64,000 bases of DNA from Eimeria praecox (lineage: Eukaryota): NCBI GenBank assembly GCA_963920595.1, contig OY986946.1, forward strand, positions 4,836,001-4,900,000. Reading direction: 5' to 3'. This document shows positions 40,672 through 52,878 of this stretch, in pieces (within the stretch, counting starts at the first letter, position 1; each line of letters begins with the position of its first letter). Both the position numbers and the translations under genes were made by a program. The notes below the pieces were generated by a model. That model did not search any database, was not told where the DNA came from, and was given only the letters and a program-made list of their open reading frames with translations.

Positions 40672-42806
40672 TACCCAAGGATGCATATACAAAGTTGCAA
40701 ACCGTTGTCTGCCGCCGCTTTGCGCCGGGCACCCAGCGACGCATCGTTTGCCGTAAAGGACGCCAGTTTAGGTTCGGATGCACTCTCCTCTTGGGAGGTT
40801 CTCGGCCAGACTTACACTCGAGTGTTTGATGCTTCTCAAGCGGCAGGCGCACAAATGGACTTGCGTTCCCTCCTCTCCTTCAACCACATGAGCAGTGCAA
40901 ACTACTCCTTTAGTTTGAAAGGGACGTGAAAGTATCCTCTGCACTAGAAAACTGTAAGGTGGTTTCTCAACGAACATGCCAGCACCACAACACCCCAGCT
41001 AGTCAAAACAGCACAAATGTGTCTCTGCGCCAATGCTCCGGACAGCCTTCCTGCTTGTCGTCAACTGCCACAAATCATATTCGGGCACAAGTGAATGCGC
41101 ACTTCCTGACGTATCCAGGCCAGCAGTCGCGCGCCAAAAATAAAGGTGGAGGCATCGCCTGCAAGAAACTACCTAGTGTTTCGTGAGATTGCCTATCAGC
41201 AGTTGGCGCAACGTAGGCAACGATGCTTGAACAAGCCTGCTGACAGCCGGACCTGCGGTCTGCAAACCAAATTGACAACCAAGACATGATGTCTAATTTT
41301 GCGTCTCAGCTACAAACTGTGTGTATTTAGTTGACAAACTGCGAAGGCGAATTGTAGCCTTTTCAAATTATTAACGCGGAGCAGCCTCCCAAAACACCAG
41401 CATTATGAAGCGGTGTTGTAGTTAGGAAGCCCTTAATATCGAGGCTGACAGCAAGCAGGATCAAAGAAAGGAAACGCCGCACACCGGCACTGTGACAGCT
41501 GCACGAGGCGTACGTTAGGCTGCATGCCTTTTTCAGCAGCTGCGGTAACGCACTCCCTGCATTTTGGTTGATGTCACAATCGCTCGCAGCCTCTGGGGAA
41601 GTGGCGAAGCATCATATACGCCTTCCACATTAACACTTAATTTGTGCCTTCACATTCACAGGCAATGAACGGAAGTCAACATGGAGTAGCAATGCATACA
41701 CAGAAATCCAAAAACGCTTCACCTATAGCTCTTTCTCGTTGGATGCTGCCTTGAGTACCAAGGGAAGCCCTTTGAAATTCCTTCTTTCCGGGCCACGCGG
41801 TTTCATCAGCTGCGTCCATTCCGCCGGCCGCACGCAAAGTTTGTGGGCCACACAAATGCGTTGAAAGCACCGCTTAGGCGATTCATCCAAAGCGTCTCAC
41901 CAACTGAACCCCCAGTACACGAGTTTAGGTCGGAACCTCCTCAGCTTCCCTTTCACCTACACTTCGCCCCTTTCCCCTTCCCGCATCCCGACGGTTGCAC
42001 ACCAGCATTCCCTTCCATACACACCAGGCGTAAGAAGCTCTGCAACGCCTGATGCAAGTGTGATGCGTGGCCCACTGCTACGCACTAGTGAACGCCTAGG
42101 CCAGCTGAAAGCCAGCAGTGGCCCCTATGTATCCTATATAGGCTAAAGCTGCGACGCCGCTCCTGGATGGTGCGCTTGACGCTACAGGATGGAATTACAT
42201 TGCTAGACTGCGCGCAACCACCAACGACTGAACCCGCACAAACCTCTGACCCCAGCATCCTTCTAGGCTGGCTTGCAAGAAGTATGGACAGCGCTAGACT
42301 AGCTCCCGCTGCCATGCTCATTCATCCCGTTCCACAAGTGTAGCGTACGAGCTGTTCGGAATGCCATGCCGCTAAACGCCCTCAAATCAAGATGCAGTAC
42401 ACTACCAAGTACGTCTGCGGAGTCCACAGTAGTGCGAATCAGCAGTCTTACACCCAACCGATAATTGTGCAGGACCACTGTTCAGTGCTCCACTGTCTTA
42501 ACCTCAACCGACAACACTACAGGCCTTTTCGTCAGCGTCTAGCAAGGCTGAGCACGAAGAGGGGCGCCTGGGAAATATTCTCAACCACACAGGACGCCAC
42601 GCAGGCGGACAGGCCCGCCTGCAACAAGCCACACAACCGCGCATAGACTCCGGCTGTCTGTTCACAGGCACAGGCTCTCGTACGCCAAGTGAACATAACA
42701 GCTGCGTCAATGAGCAATGGCGATCGCTGTAGTATATTTTGAGGCATTATGCGTAGGGAAAAGAACAACAAAGCCTGCAATCAGGCCTGGCGGCACATGG
42801 AAAGTA
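40672..42806. repeat. 2.1 kb direct repeat, copy 2
   Basis: Begins tacccaa.gatgcatatac and ends ggcacatggaaagta, as in copy 1. Confidence 0.96.
41967..41989 (-). other. Canonical G-quadruplex-forming motif (second copy)
   Basis: Same sequence as 34363-34385. Confidence 0.55.
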
Positions 42807-45514
42807 CGAAGGGACTCGTTGCAAATTGAGGTAGACTGGGTCTTCGATTAGAGGATGCGATGTGCCGCACTGCAGATGGCGCAGGGCTCTGTCACTCTAA
42901 CGGAAGCATGAGGACTCCACTTAAGAGCATGTCCGGCCTGATACGGCTTGCTGTTGCCGTAAAAGATACAGGTAAGGGGGCTCCATCTGCGCTTCATGAC
43001 TGATTACCACCACATCGTCATAAGCTGTAGTTTCTGCAGCTGGGATGTGCTGTTGCCATCCGCTAACCTAATTAATGGTGACGCCAGGCAGTTTTTAATC
43101 CCCAGGCACGCGGCGCGTGCGGCCTGGCACCTCTACGCTTCGCAGCAAGAAGAAGCTTACACTCTTGGGCAATCCAGTCATACAATATTATCCGCCTTTG
43201 TGCGTGCATCCAGTTAAGCCGAACTCGCCTCCAAAAGCGTGCATTATTCTGCTGAGAGCAACGGGCGAGACAACAGATTAGTGAAGTGCCGAAAAGAAAA
43301 CCAACTAGTCACCCCGTCAGGCGCGAATGTAAGCAACGAAACAGCGCTATCAAGCGCTTCCGCAGTAACATGGAGCGCGCAATAGTAGATACGCTCACAC
43401 GATATCCACCAAAAAGAACAAAGCGTACAGCTAAATGGCTGGATTCGCATTGACCAGCACTAACTACAACGCAGCTCTGAGCCCGTTGCATGAACACATC
43501 TAAGCTTCACGCCTAAGAGTCATAAAGACGTTTTGAGAATCCACAGGGAAGCAGGCACAAGCACATTCAGGCGTATTCGGGACTCAGCATTATTGCCACA
43601 CATATACGCTAATGCCAGGTGTGCCAGCCAACGCACCCAAGCTGCAGCCAGCCATGCACTCTGTGGATTTGACCAAGCGCTTAGAGTTTCGGGTAGGCTG
43701 AATAAGCGACTTTCACATGCCAGCGCTTCAGTGTATATGTGTCGGAATGCCAGCATCCATGTACCGTCCGGTTAACACCCACGCCTGTGTCTCTGCCTGA
43801 GGCAAGGCTGAGTGTGCTTTTAACCGCTTCGCACATTCTGAATTGCTCGAAAGTCGAACGACCTGAACGGCTTCATCCTTCCTGGCACGTCTACCATGTA
43901 CATTGGAAGCTTTTAGGCTCAGAGGCAGTGAAGCGTTGCGTGCCTTGGAATTGGTGGGATACACTTGGCGCTTTGCCGAGTGTTGGCGAATGTAAGTGCT
44001 GGAGGAACGACAGGTTGCCAAGCCCCGATAAATGACCGCCCACTGGTCCACCAGTGCGGCACAACGAAAAGCTTACCTTCCTGACGCTCTGCCCTGAACG
44101 ATTCGAGACAGCGCGTCATTGATTGGCACTGAACCGTTCAGGAAAGCAAGCGAACTCACGAGAAAATGATTGGTATTGTAGAGGCTGGTTTCCTGCGGCA
44201 AGTTGGGATCAAACCAAGGCTGCCCTAGCCGATGAAAAGTATCTACTGCAATCGTCAAGTGCACATCAGCGGCGCACACATCGTCCGAACCAGCCTCTAC
44301 TTCAGTGTTTGGATGAAGCATAAAGCTATTTACTTTCACCGTCACACGAGCATGTTCCTCACGGTATACAGGGTACCGGCAATTTTACGTGGTGCACGGG
44401 CAGAGGAAGGCCAGTGTGTTTAACGAAGCGTGCAAAGGCTGGCCTGGGCCTGACGCATTACTGCAAGCATTGTCCTGTGACTCACTCTCTATACAGGGGG
44501 GCAATCACTCAAAATGGCGAAAAAGCGCTAGTTAATGGGGGATAGAGCTTTATTCGAACCTGGTGAGCGTGCAATTCACTCATCTTTTGGTTCAGGCAAA
44601 ACAACCACAGGCCATGCATGGGCACAATCCCATCAGCAGGCTCTTGAGCAGCCTTTATTGAAAGGTATTCATTGCATCATCGATTTCCAATACCTTGTGA
44701 ACCTGGGTTTCGGGGTGAACCTATCCAACCTCAACCATTTGCCACGCTTCCTGAGTTTGGGGAAGCAATCGCATGTGCAACCGGTAATCACTTCCCATAC
44801 ACATACATATTGATGTGCTTCTCCCCTCGGCGCTGCTAGGCTCGCTTTTGAGTACGCGCGCATTCGCACGTTCATCTGAACAGTCATTCCTGTGCTGTTC
44901 ATAGTTGCCTCGTCAAGCTCGTAGAACAGTCCATCGCTTTGCAATCACCCGTAAGCCTCCTACGTTAACACCCCTCTGTCGCATTGTTACGCACGAGCAC
45001 GGTAAAGCGCGGAGCAAACAGCCTACCTAGCATTCCTGACGGCAACCCCCACAGACGGGTACTCCACAGTCGAGACAAAAAATGTGAGTTAATCGTGCTT
45101 CCAGCGTCTTGTACTTGTCCTTGCTTAGCCAGCATGCCGTGAAAATGCACAACAAAATGTGGAAGGCAAATGAAAGATATGTGCAGCTTTAACCGTACTG
45201 CACACGCTCCGAGCACTCCAGAAAACGAAAACGGCCCCAACAAAGCGGCATCCGGCTCAGTTTGAATGCCAGCTCACTTCCTTCAGGTTCGGTGATGCTG
45301 CGAATGTTACTGACCTTCAATGAAGTGCTACATAGCACTGCTGCATTTGGTTATGCCGCCAACGCATGTATTGCTCTTGCTTACCAGGCGAGAAGCCGCG
45401 GCAGTGTCGCGGCCCCTGAACACTGTTGCTCATAACTATTGCTAAGAGCAATCGGCAGCATCGGCCCATGAGCTTGAAGTCGAAGGAATGCGGCATCATG
45501 CTATCATAGGAGCA

Positions 45515-45515
<1 letters not shown>

Positions 45516-45561
<46 letters not shown>

Positions 45562-45563
45562 AC
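45516..45563. repeat. (AC)18 microsatellite with a (GCACAC)2 tail
   Basis: Perfect AC run at 45516-45551, followed by gcacacgcacac. Confidence 0.97.
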
Positions 45564-47498
45564 GTATAATCTGCTTTTTCATACATGCACTATAGGGAAG
45601 TTTCCAGAGTGTTTGCTGGCCCGATCAAGAGGACAGCACTAGCGATATCTTTCAGTTGGCTCCACAGGAAAAGTGCAGCCAGAGCAATATGCTGGCCGAA
45701 TGCAGTTCCTCTAGTTGCGTCTAGCACCAACGCACAGGCTGATCTACACCGAATCCAAACAGCTTCAAATCTTCTGCGCCCGTCCTAAAGAGGTGAGCCT
45801 TGCCACAGGCTTTTTAACAATAGTGCGCCATTTGCATAGCAGTGGGACGCCTCGGAATGTGGCAAGCGCTACGTATTCGTTCGCGTACACTTCCTGACGT
45901 GGATTTTCATTGGGGCCATTCAACAGACAGCAGGAAAAAGCACTGGCCACTCGGCATGCAGGAAATCGTTGACACCTTTGACACCATAATGAGTGCTAAT
46001 TGCTTGTCCTCGCAGTCGAAGCCATGCAGTGAGCCAAGCGCATTAGGATTGGGTATATAAAGGGCGCATTTCATTCAGCCGTCCAGCCTCTCATAGACTG
46101 ACTGGGTTTGCAGCTAACGCATCTGCTCTTTCGTGGTCCTTCTTGCACCATCAGATACAATACACAGGGCTTCCGAAACGTCGCCGTATTCAGGGTACAT
46201 ATCAGAATCAGCTTCCGACGCTAAATTCAAAACTTGCTTCCACAAATGCCTTGGCTGTTCAACGCTTCACCGGCAGGTCGTAAAAGAGTGTAGCGAAACC
46301 CATCCGTTGGGCCAGAACATGCCGTGCTTCATTCGCAAATGTGCAAGATGCTCAGAAGAGACGCTGCGTTCCCACCTGTCTTCTGTCTTCTTTGCTATCC
46401 GAGTTTCACCTGTCAACAAAATCGCACCACTTGTTTTCACCAGTCAGACGTTGTTCACGGTAACGGAACCGGGCAGCTAGCGATCTCCCTAGAACGAAAT
46501 CAAATGGTGCATTCTGCGTACTGCGCAAATTATGCTTCCCCTGGAACCTGTCTCACCTTCGGAATCAAGTGCAAACAGATAATGGAGACGGAGAACCTGC
46601 CTCCAAGTGAACGATCAACGGCCTGCCTATTACATGGACGAAGTGAGACGCCACAGTGCAAGGGCTACGCACGAGGAAACGCCACTTGCGCTAGAAAGGA
46701 GCTTCGGCGCATATCCTACACGAATCACGCATCGTCCGCGTTCACCTGCTTCAATGGAGCAATCTGTCCGTACATGACCTATTCCTTCTCGTCAAGCAAC
46801 GCATAACTGGATTTTCTGAGGTCCTACGGTTCTAACGGCATGAAGCTAGCGATGCACAGCACAAACGTGTACACGGCGTTTAAAAGAAGGCACGCACAGT
46901 CTGGTGGGCCAAAGGTCTTGCCACGCTCATATATGCATGAACTTAGGCTTGTAATCTTTTCCTGCCAAACTTATGCTTCATGTGGAGGCTTAGCCTCAGT
47001 TAATATTTATCGCCTATCACAGTTCGATGATCACTGGAGGTTCCTCCAGACGCCTGATACGCTGCTGCCCACGTATGTGCGTTATGCAGAGCAACCCGAT
47101 GACACGGAAAAACCGAGTTGTTGTTCCCAACGGGCGCCTCGTTGGATAGGCATGGAGCTGCACCGAGGTTAGGAGCCGCAAGACCCACATTCCTGGCGCA
47201 CTTAACCGGCATAACCCAAGAATCTGCGCGTCGTCATCTCTTTCGGGTTACCTAATGTGAATGCAGGCCAAAGTGCCTCTACCGCTCAGTTACCTACATT
47301 GTTTGCACTGACACAATTAATACGGGGGCGCCATGATGGTGGCTTTGCTTGACTTGCTGCTCCGTCAAGCGTAGCCCCATTTATCCCCACTACGCCCAAA
47401 AGGACATGCGAGAAGGCGGCCTTAGACCCCTTGCAGTGGGCGTTACCCTACATCCTGAAATATCGGTGTTTCACAAGAGATATCAAGGAGGCCCCTTT

Positions 47499-47534
47499 GT
47501 GCTGTTCGTGCTGTTGCTGTTGGTGGTGCTGCTG
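47499..47534. repeat. Short degenerate CTG/TTG/GTG (CAG-type) trinucleotide tract
   Basis: gtgctgttcgtgctgttgctgttggtggtgctgctg. Confidence 0.5.
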
Positions 47535-50500
47535 AATAATCTTTGATGCCATCAGATTTACGCTTGCGACTCAGTTACATGCTCAATACACACTAGCGCA
47601 TCAGCAAACCTGAGCACCCTGGAGCAACATGTTTCAATGCACAGTTTACTCAGTTCTATGTTTCCTCCTACCGTTGGTGTCAGGAACATCTTAGTCGCAT
47701 ACAGAAGTTCTGTAACGGATGGTACAATGCGCAGGGCTCGCCAGAACTAACAACCCACTTTAACAGAATATTCATCCGGAAGAAACGCGGTTGGAATGCA
47801 GAATGAACTGATATGTAGAATCCAGTCCTATACATGGCATTTTACTAAAGCAGACGATAGCACACAATGCCATTAGTCAGCCGAGCAGGTGTCGAAAGCC
47901 GGTTGCTGGCCCATTAACCGCTTTAAGCAAAGACGCACGCAGGTTGCATCAAGTAAAACAACACTTTCTAGGCCAAAGCTAAATATTAGTGTAACTGTAG
48001 TGTATCCGCACCACCAGATATTCTACACGCCATGAACCAGCAGCATAACCTGCACAGAAACGCAGTCATGCTCCTCATGCATGAGACTGACGCCAACGAA
48101 CGACGACGAATGACCATCAACTAAAGTTCGTAAATGCAGTTGATTGGTGAGATAATGCCTTCTCATTTGGCAGGCCCGCCTAGCTCATCCCAGCGACTGA
48201 TCTCCCGATTCTAGGTATTTCCATTCAGCTTTCGACCTGGGGCCTTTAGAAGCATTGCCTTCGTAAGCTCCGCTGCACCGCATCTCACCAAGGTCCACGA
48301 GCATGGCTGTATACGTCAGTGCATTGTCAATAAGATTTTCAGGCCGCTGTGCTCACACCTTGCACAAACGTAGCGTTGCTTCACTTATGGCTAAAGTATG
48401 CAGTCTGAGACGGTAAAAAATTGTCCGCCCTGAACTGCAGTGGATCAGGATTAATCTAGTTATCGTGCAAACGTGGAACTGCTTCTTGCTGTCCCACCTC
48501 CTACCACAAGCGTAAGATTAAACTAATAGGGGGCGTGGCATAGTGGCAGAAACAACATTTTCTGTCACTGACAACTTGAGTCGTTTAACGTAACGTCACG
48601 CATCGTCAACCAGTCACTGCCAGCGACTCAGCTTCACTATCCTAAGCAATATTCAAATTTTCACACCACAACAGTATTTGACGTGCCCACGAAATTGCTT
48701 TATTGCAACTCTAAGGTTTATTCGCACTGAAAGCACGTAGGTGTAGTTCATAATATGTGCTCCAAGCGCATTACTTCAGAAGCCTCACGTAGTTGCATTT
48801 GCCCCCAAGGAACCAGTGGCAGTAAGCTACTTTTAAAGAGGTGAGCAGTGCTGCTCGTCATTGCTGGAGAACGGATGCAATCCAACGTTCTACAGAAGCC
48901 AGTGTTCGTGCGCGCTAACTGTTGAGGTCGTCAATCAGATCAACTGGGCAACCAGCGTAGCTGGAGGGCTTACATGAATGCGTTTCAGCATACAGATGAC
49001 AATAATCGGTCAGAACTGTATTTTTAGGTTCTCATAGAGGGAAGGTGAAGAGCACAAACTGACCGCCTGGCAATTCGCCCGCACGTCTCTTGATTTCCAG
49101 CGTTCCAACATGCTACCGCATCTGTAAGATGGCAATGGAAACACGAGGTGCACCATTTCGTGCACTATACATGCAGTAAAGAACGTCTGCTGTCCAAGAC
49201 GCAGGTCTACATTACCACTGAGCACAGGCAGTAGCAGAGGACTTTAAGGCAACCACGGCAACTATCGGAATCTTAGACGTGGCAACTTAAGCAGCGCAAT
49301 TCGTGCTATGGCATTGGCCGCAGCAAGCCTGAATCATGGATCGCTCCACCAAATCATCAGTGGCGGCCCCTATGGACTGTATATTTCTAATAAGAGCAGT
49401 GAATGTAATCTGCAGGTTCGCGTACTGCCTAAGCAGAAACCCCCCTCCACGTTGGATTGGATCTGGCGGTGTAGTCCGATTGAAGCACATACACAATTGG
49501 TGTAGCCTGCTGGTCTACCTCAGGATGCAACGGATGGTCCTCACCAGGCCTATGCGCCAGCCGGCTATACTTCCGCCGTCAGGCGCACAGAATGTGTTGC
49601 CCAGCACAACACCAGTTGTACCTTATTTGCTGATGCAAGAAAGTGTACCCACACTAGCAAGTGTAGATAGTGTTTAAAAGGTGAGTCATAATGAGATGCA
49701 AAAGCCGTGGAAGCTCCTCCAAACAGAAACGTAGTTTGATGTGGTTGCACTCAGAAAAGGGGCGCTGAGGTCTTGTGAGCGTCTTAGAGCTGCAGATGCA
49801 CGCGTACAGACGCTTATGCACACCAACTAACTTGGAGAATGTTTCACGTCTATGGCATTCAGCGCGTTCGTAGAAAAGGCGCCGCCTGATAAGGATCCAG
49901 CAACTTTATGATGGTGCAGTTTTTCCTGGATAGCAAATGTGTCTCCTTTTGACATCATCATGTTGAATTCTCGACTCAATCAACGCCTCCTGTCTTTCAC
50001 GTAGGAATATTGAAAGCATTGCAGCAGCATAAAACTTCCTAAGCAGCAGACAGGCAAAGCGCGAAACTAGCGGGTAATCAAAGCCCGAGATGCGCGTGAA
50101 TGCAAGGCACCAGTGTGCTTGCACTACCATGCTTAATCTGGAAGAGTTAGCAGTTGCAACAGGCTTTGCCGAGGGCAGAGGTAAGATATCGACTGCTTTA
50201 CGGCACCTGCAAATAACTAATACTTCAGAAAAACCATTTGCCTTTGTCTACGACACATATGCTGCCCACTTCCCGTATTGCTTGGCATAAGACATCGTCA
50301 GGCGACGTAAATGCCGCTTCGCTTCACGCGCCTTTCAACTGTCTGTGCCATGCACAATGCACCAGTCAAAAATGCTTAGCACGCCATCTGTGCACTAGGA
50401 GCCCTTCTCCTTGTGCACATCAGCAAAACACTTTATAGCTCCATCGGAATAAGCTGCAAGCCAATGCCAGGTGCAGAACCGTGGTCAGTGCCTCAAGACC

Positions 50501-52594
50501 TACACGTGCCTATGTTTAACTCTCAAAACCTAAGGCCAGTCACCATCACTCATCCGAGGAAGGCCTCACATCACTCTGAGCTTTCCGGAGCATGTGGAAG
50601 TGTGCATGAGCCTGCAATATTCTCACAACAAGCTCTGGTGGAAGCAAAAACCATTTTAATTCCAGGCAATGATTAATGCAGATTTCAGGCTGCCTGAAAG
50701 TTAAATGCATGATGCTCCTTGTGTTTCTCATGCAGCCAGTATGGTCCTACGTTCTGTCGTGTGCAGATGCCCCCCGAGCTCCAGCCATGTTCCCATATTT
50801 GTAGTTTGGATACAGCTTCTGAAAGTAAACAATTTGTTGCAGGAGTTCCAAGATTCATATAGAAATGAAACACACAATCTGGCGTGGATTAGATGGATTC
50901 TACTCCAAGCTGCTTTACTGACTTCCAGCCTAGGAAGTTGAAGGTAGGAAGAAGGCCTGTAAAATTGATGCGGACATTGTTTGCAGGCAAGCTGCCCGCA
51001 CATTCAACTGCGAAATACACCAACAAAAGCATGAAGTGGGAATTTCCGGGTCTTGATGCATTCTAGGAGTCAAATGCTTGCATGCGGGCGCCTAAAGACG
51101 CCGAGTACAACAGCGTGGCGCAAGGAGAGGCCAGCAACGGGCCTTTGAGTGTGTTGACATACACAGCATAATGCTTTGCCAGACGCCGTCTTGTCGGCTG
51201 GAGCCATGGAAGTTGGTATGTTCCGCATCAGCAGGAGATGCCGGCGTGCCATGGCCTCTGGAATGGATTCTAAGCAGCGTTGAGGTATATCGGCTCACAT
51301 AACAGCATCAATTGAATGTGAGCGGACGTACTACATCATAGGTTAACAGTCCCAATTATGCCAGCTTGCAGAAACCCATGTTTTGTGCTAGAGCAATCTG
51401 CAGCCGTCGCGAATTGTATGCTCGGAATATTATCGGCGGCACGAAATACTGTTCGACCCATTATACTCGATATGAAATGAAGCACAGCTCCGCTTCTACG
51501 AGTTACATGCGCGCGATTTAGGCTTTACCAAAACGGTGCACTATACACCTCAAAAAAGGTAGCTGCTGAATAAGGAGCTTAAGCGGCACGTACTACAGTG
51601 AAGGCATGCCCTCAAACCCTCTGTTTGAAGGGTTCGAGTTACTGCTATTGCCATCACGAGAGGGAGATGCGGTGCTGCTTCAGAACCAGCAGTCCATACT
51701 AATGGGAGTTTCACAAGACGAGCCCGGTGAGCCCCATCTCAAAGCAATGCCGCAAAAAAATTCAATAGTCTCCAAGGCACTAAAAAGTTCAGCATTGCTG
51801 TCTTTGTGCTGATTCAGTATGAAAGAAACGTGAGACTCTGGCGCAACTATCATTCATTTTCACAGCGCCTCGACCTCAGTAGTCTGGATCATGCAGCAAG
51901 TGCACGCAACAGCATCAAGTGAAACGTTCAGACACCTGACTGTTGCCATGCGCGTAGCGACCTATTACTCATGTTCCGCTGCATAACGTCTGCAGTCTAC
52001 ACACTTGCTAAAGAAGGTTAAAGTCGGTCAGATGCGGCTTGCTGTCTGCAAAATCAGTAAGGTGCAAGCTCTTTCTTAAGCTCCTCAAGGACCCACATAT
52101 AAGGCTCACAAATTTCACTTCTCTGCGAATAATTGCCTGAGTGCAGGTCTTGCGCAACTCTGAGGGTACTCCTGCGTTGCGTCCGAACAATTAATTTCAC
52201 AGGCCGCTAATTCGACATAAGAAAGGATCGGCGGATCGATACATTTGAGCTAGCGTAAAATGAGCAAAACCGAAGAATCCGCACTTACGCCCCATAAGCA
52301 TTTGCATGCATATAATTAAAAAGATACCCTGGTCGTAGTGTGCGTTTGAAGCAGATTCTGGCTCCCCCTCAGGCAGCTTTTGAAAAGGATAGCAGGATAC
52401 AGCAGTGGCCCATGAACTATCCGGCCATTTCAAGCAAGCAAAAAGTTTACAGGAGAACGGCGATGGGCAGTGGGAATGCAAGCCAGTTCACTTGGAATCA
52501 ATGAAGCCTGTGACCCCAAGCAGACCATAGTAGGGGACCAAGCTGCACGCATAACACACAAAGGCATCACATGCACAACCTACCGAAGCCGCAA

Positions 52595-52878
52595 GCTGCG
52601 AAGAGTATTTACTGCCTCACCTCCTGCACACATGTTCAGAGTCTGCATGCAGACTGACTCGACCCTAATGAGCGAGACAACACCAAAGCCAATCTTGCAC
52701 CTAATCTAGTTCACATGCGCGAAAAGCATGTCATCGAATCTTACTCTCGCGCCATGCCGTTAGCAATGCCACCCTTTGAGCGACAGCCCTTGCCTCCGAA
52801 GCCAGAAAACGTGCACACTAGCCACGCCTTTCTGCTTCTTAAATGCCTTCATGATATCCCATGCATCTGGCCGTCAGT
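52595..52878. repeat. Left flank of array B, duplicate of 1-284
   Basis: Same sequence as the window start; identical 92-aa ORF at 52715. Confidence 0.97.

Noticed and set aside
40248..40852. 193-aa (+) and 171-aa (-) overlapping ORFs
   Set aside because: Both cross the repeat boundary at 40672, overlap each other and show no recognisable domain.
33067..42806. Intact LTR retrotransposon
   Set aside because: No canonical termini, target-site duplication, PBS, PPT or long ORF. Kept only as a direct-repeat finding.
45317..45586. ORF with a CVCVCV run
   Set aside because: It is simply the translation of the (AC)n microsatellite.
51608..51632. Hairpin ccctcaaac-cctct-gtttgaaggg containing one AAACCCT
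   Set aside because: A short imperfect stem and a single heptamer are both compatible with chance.
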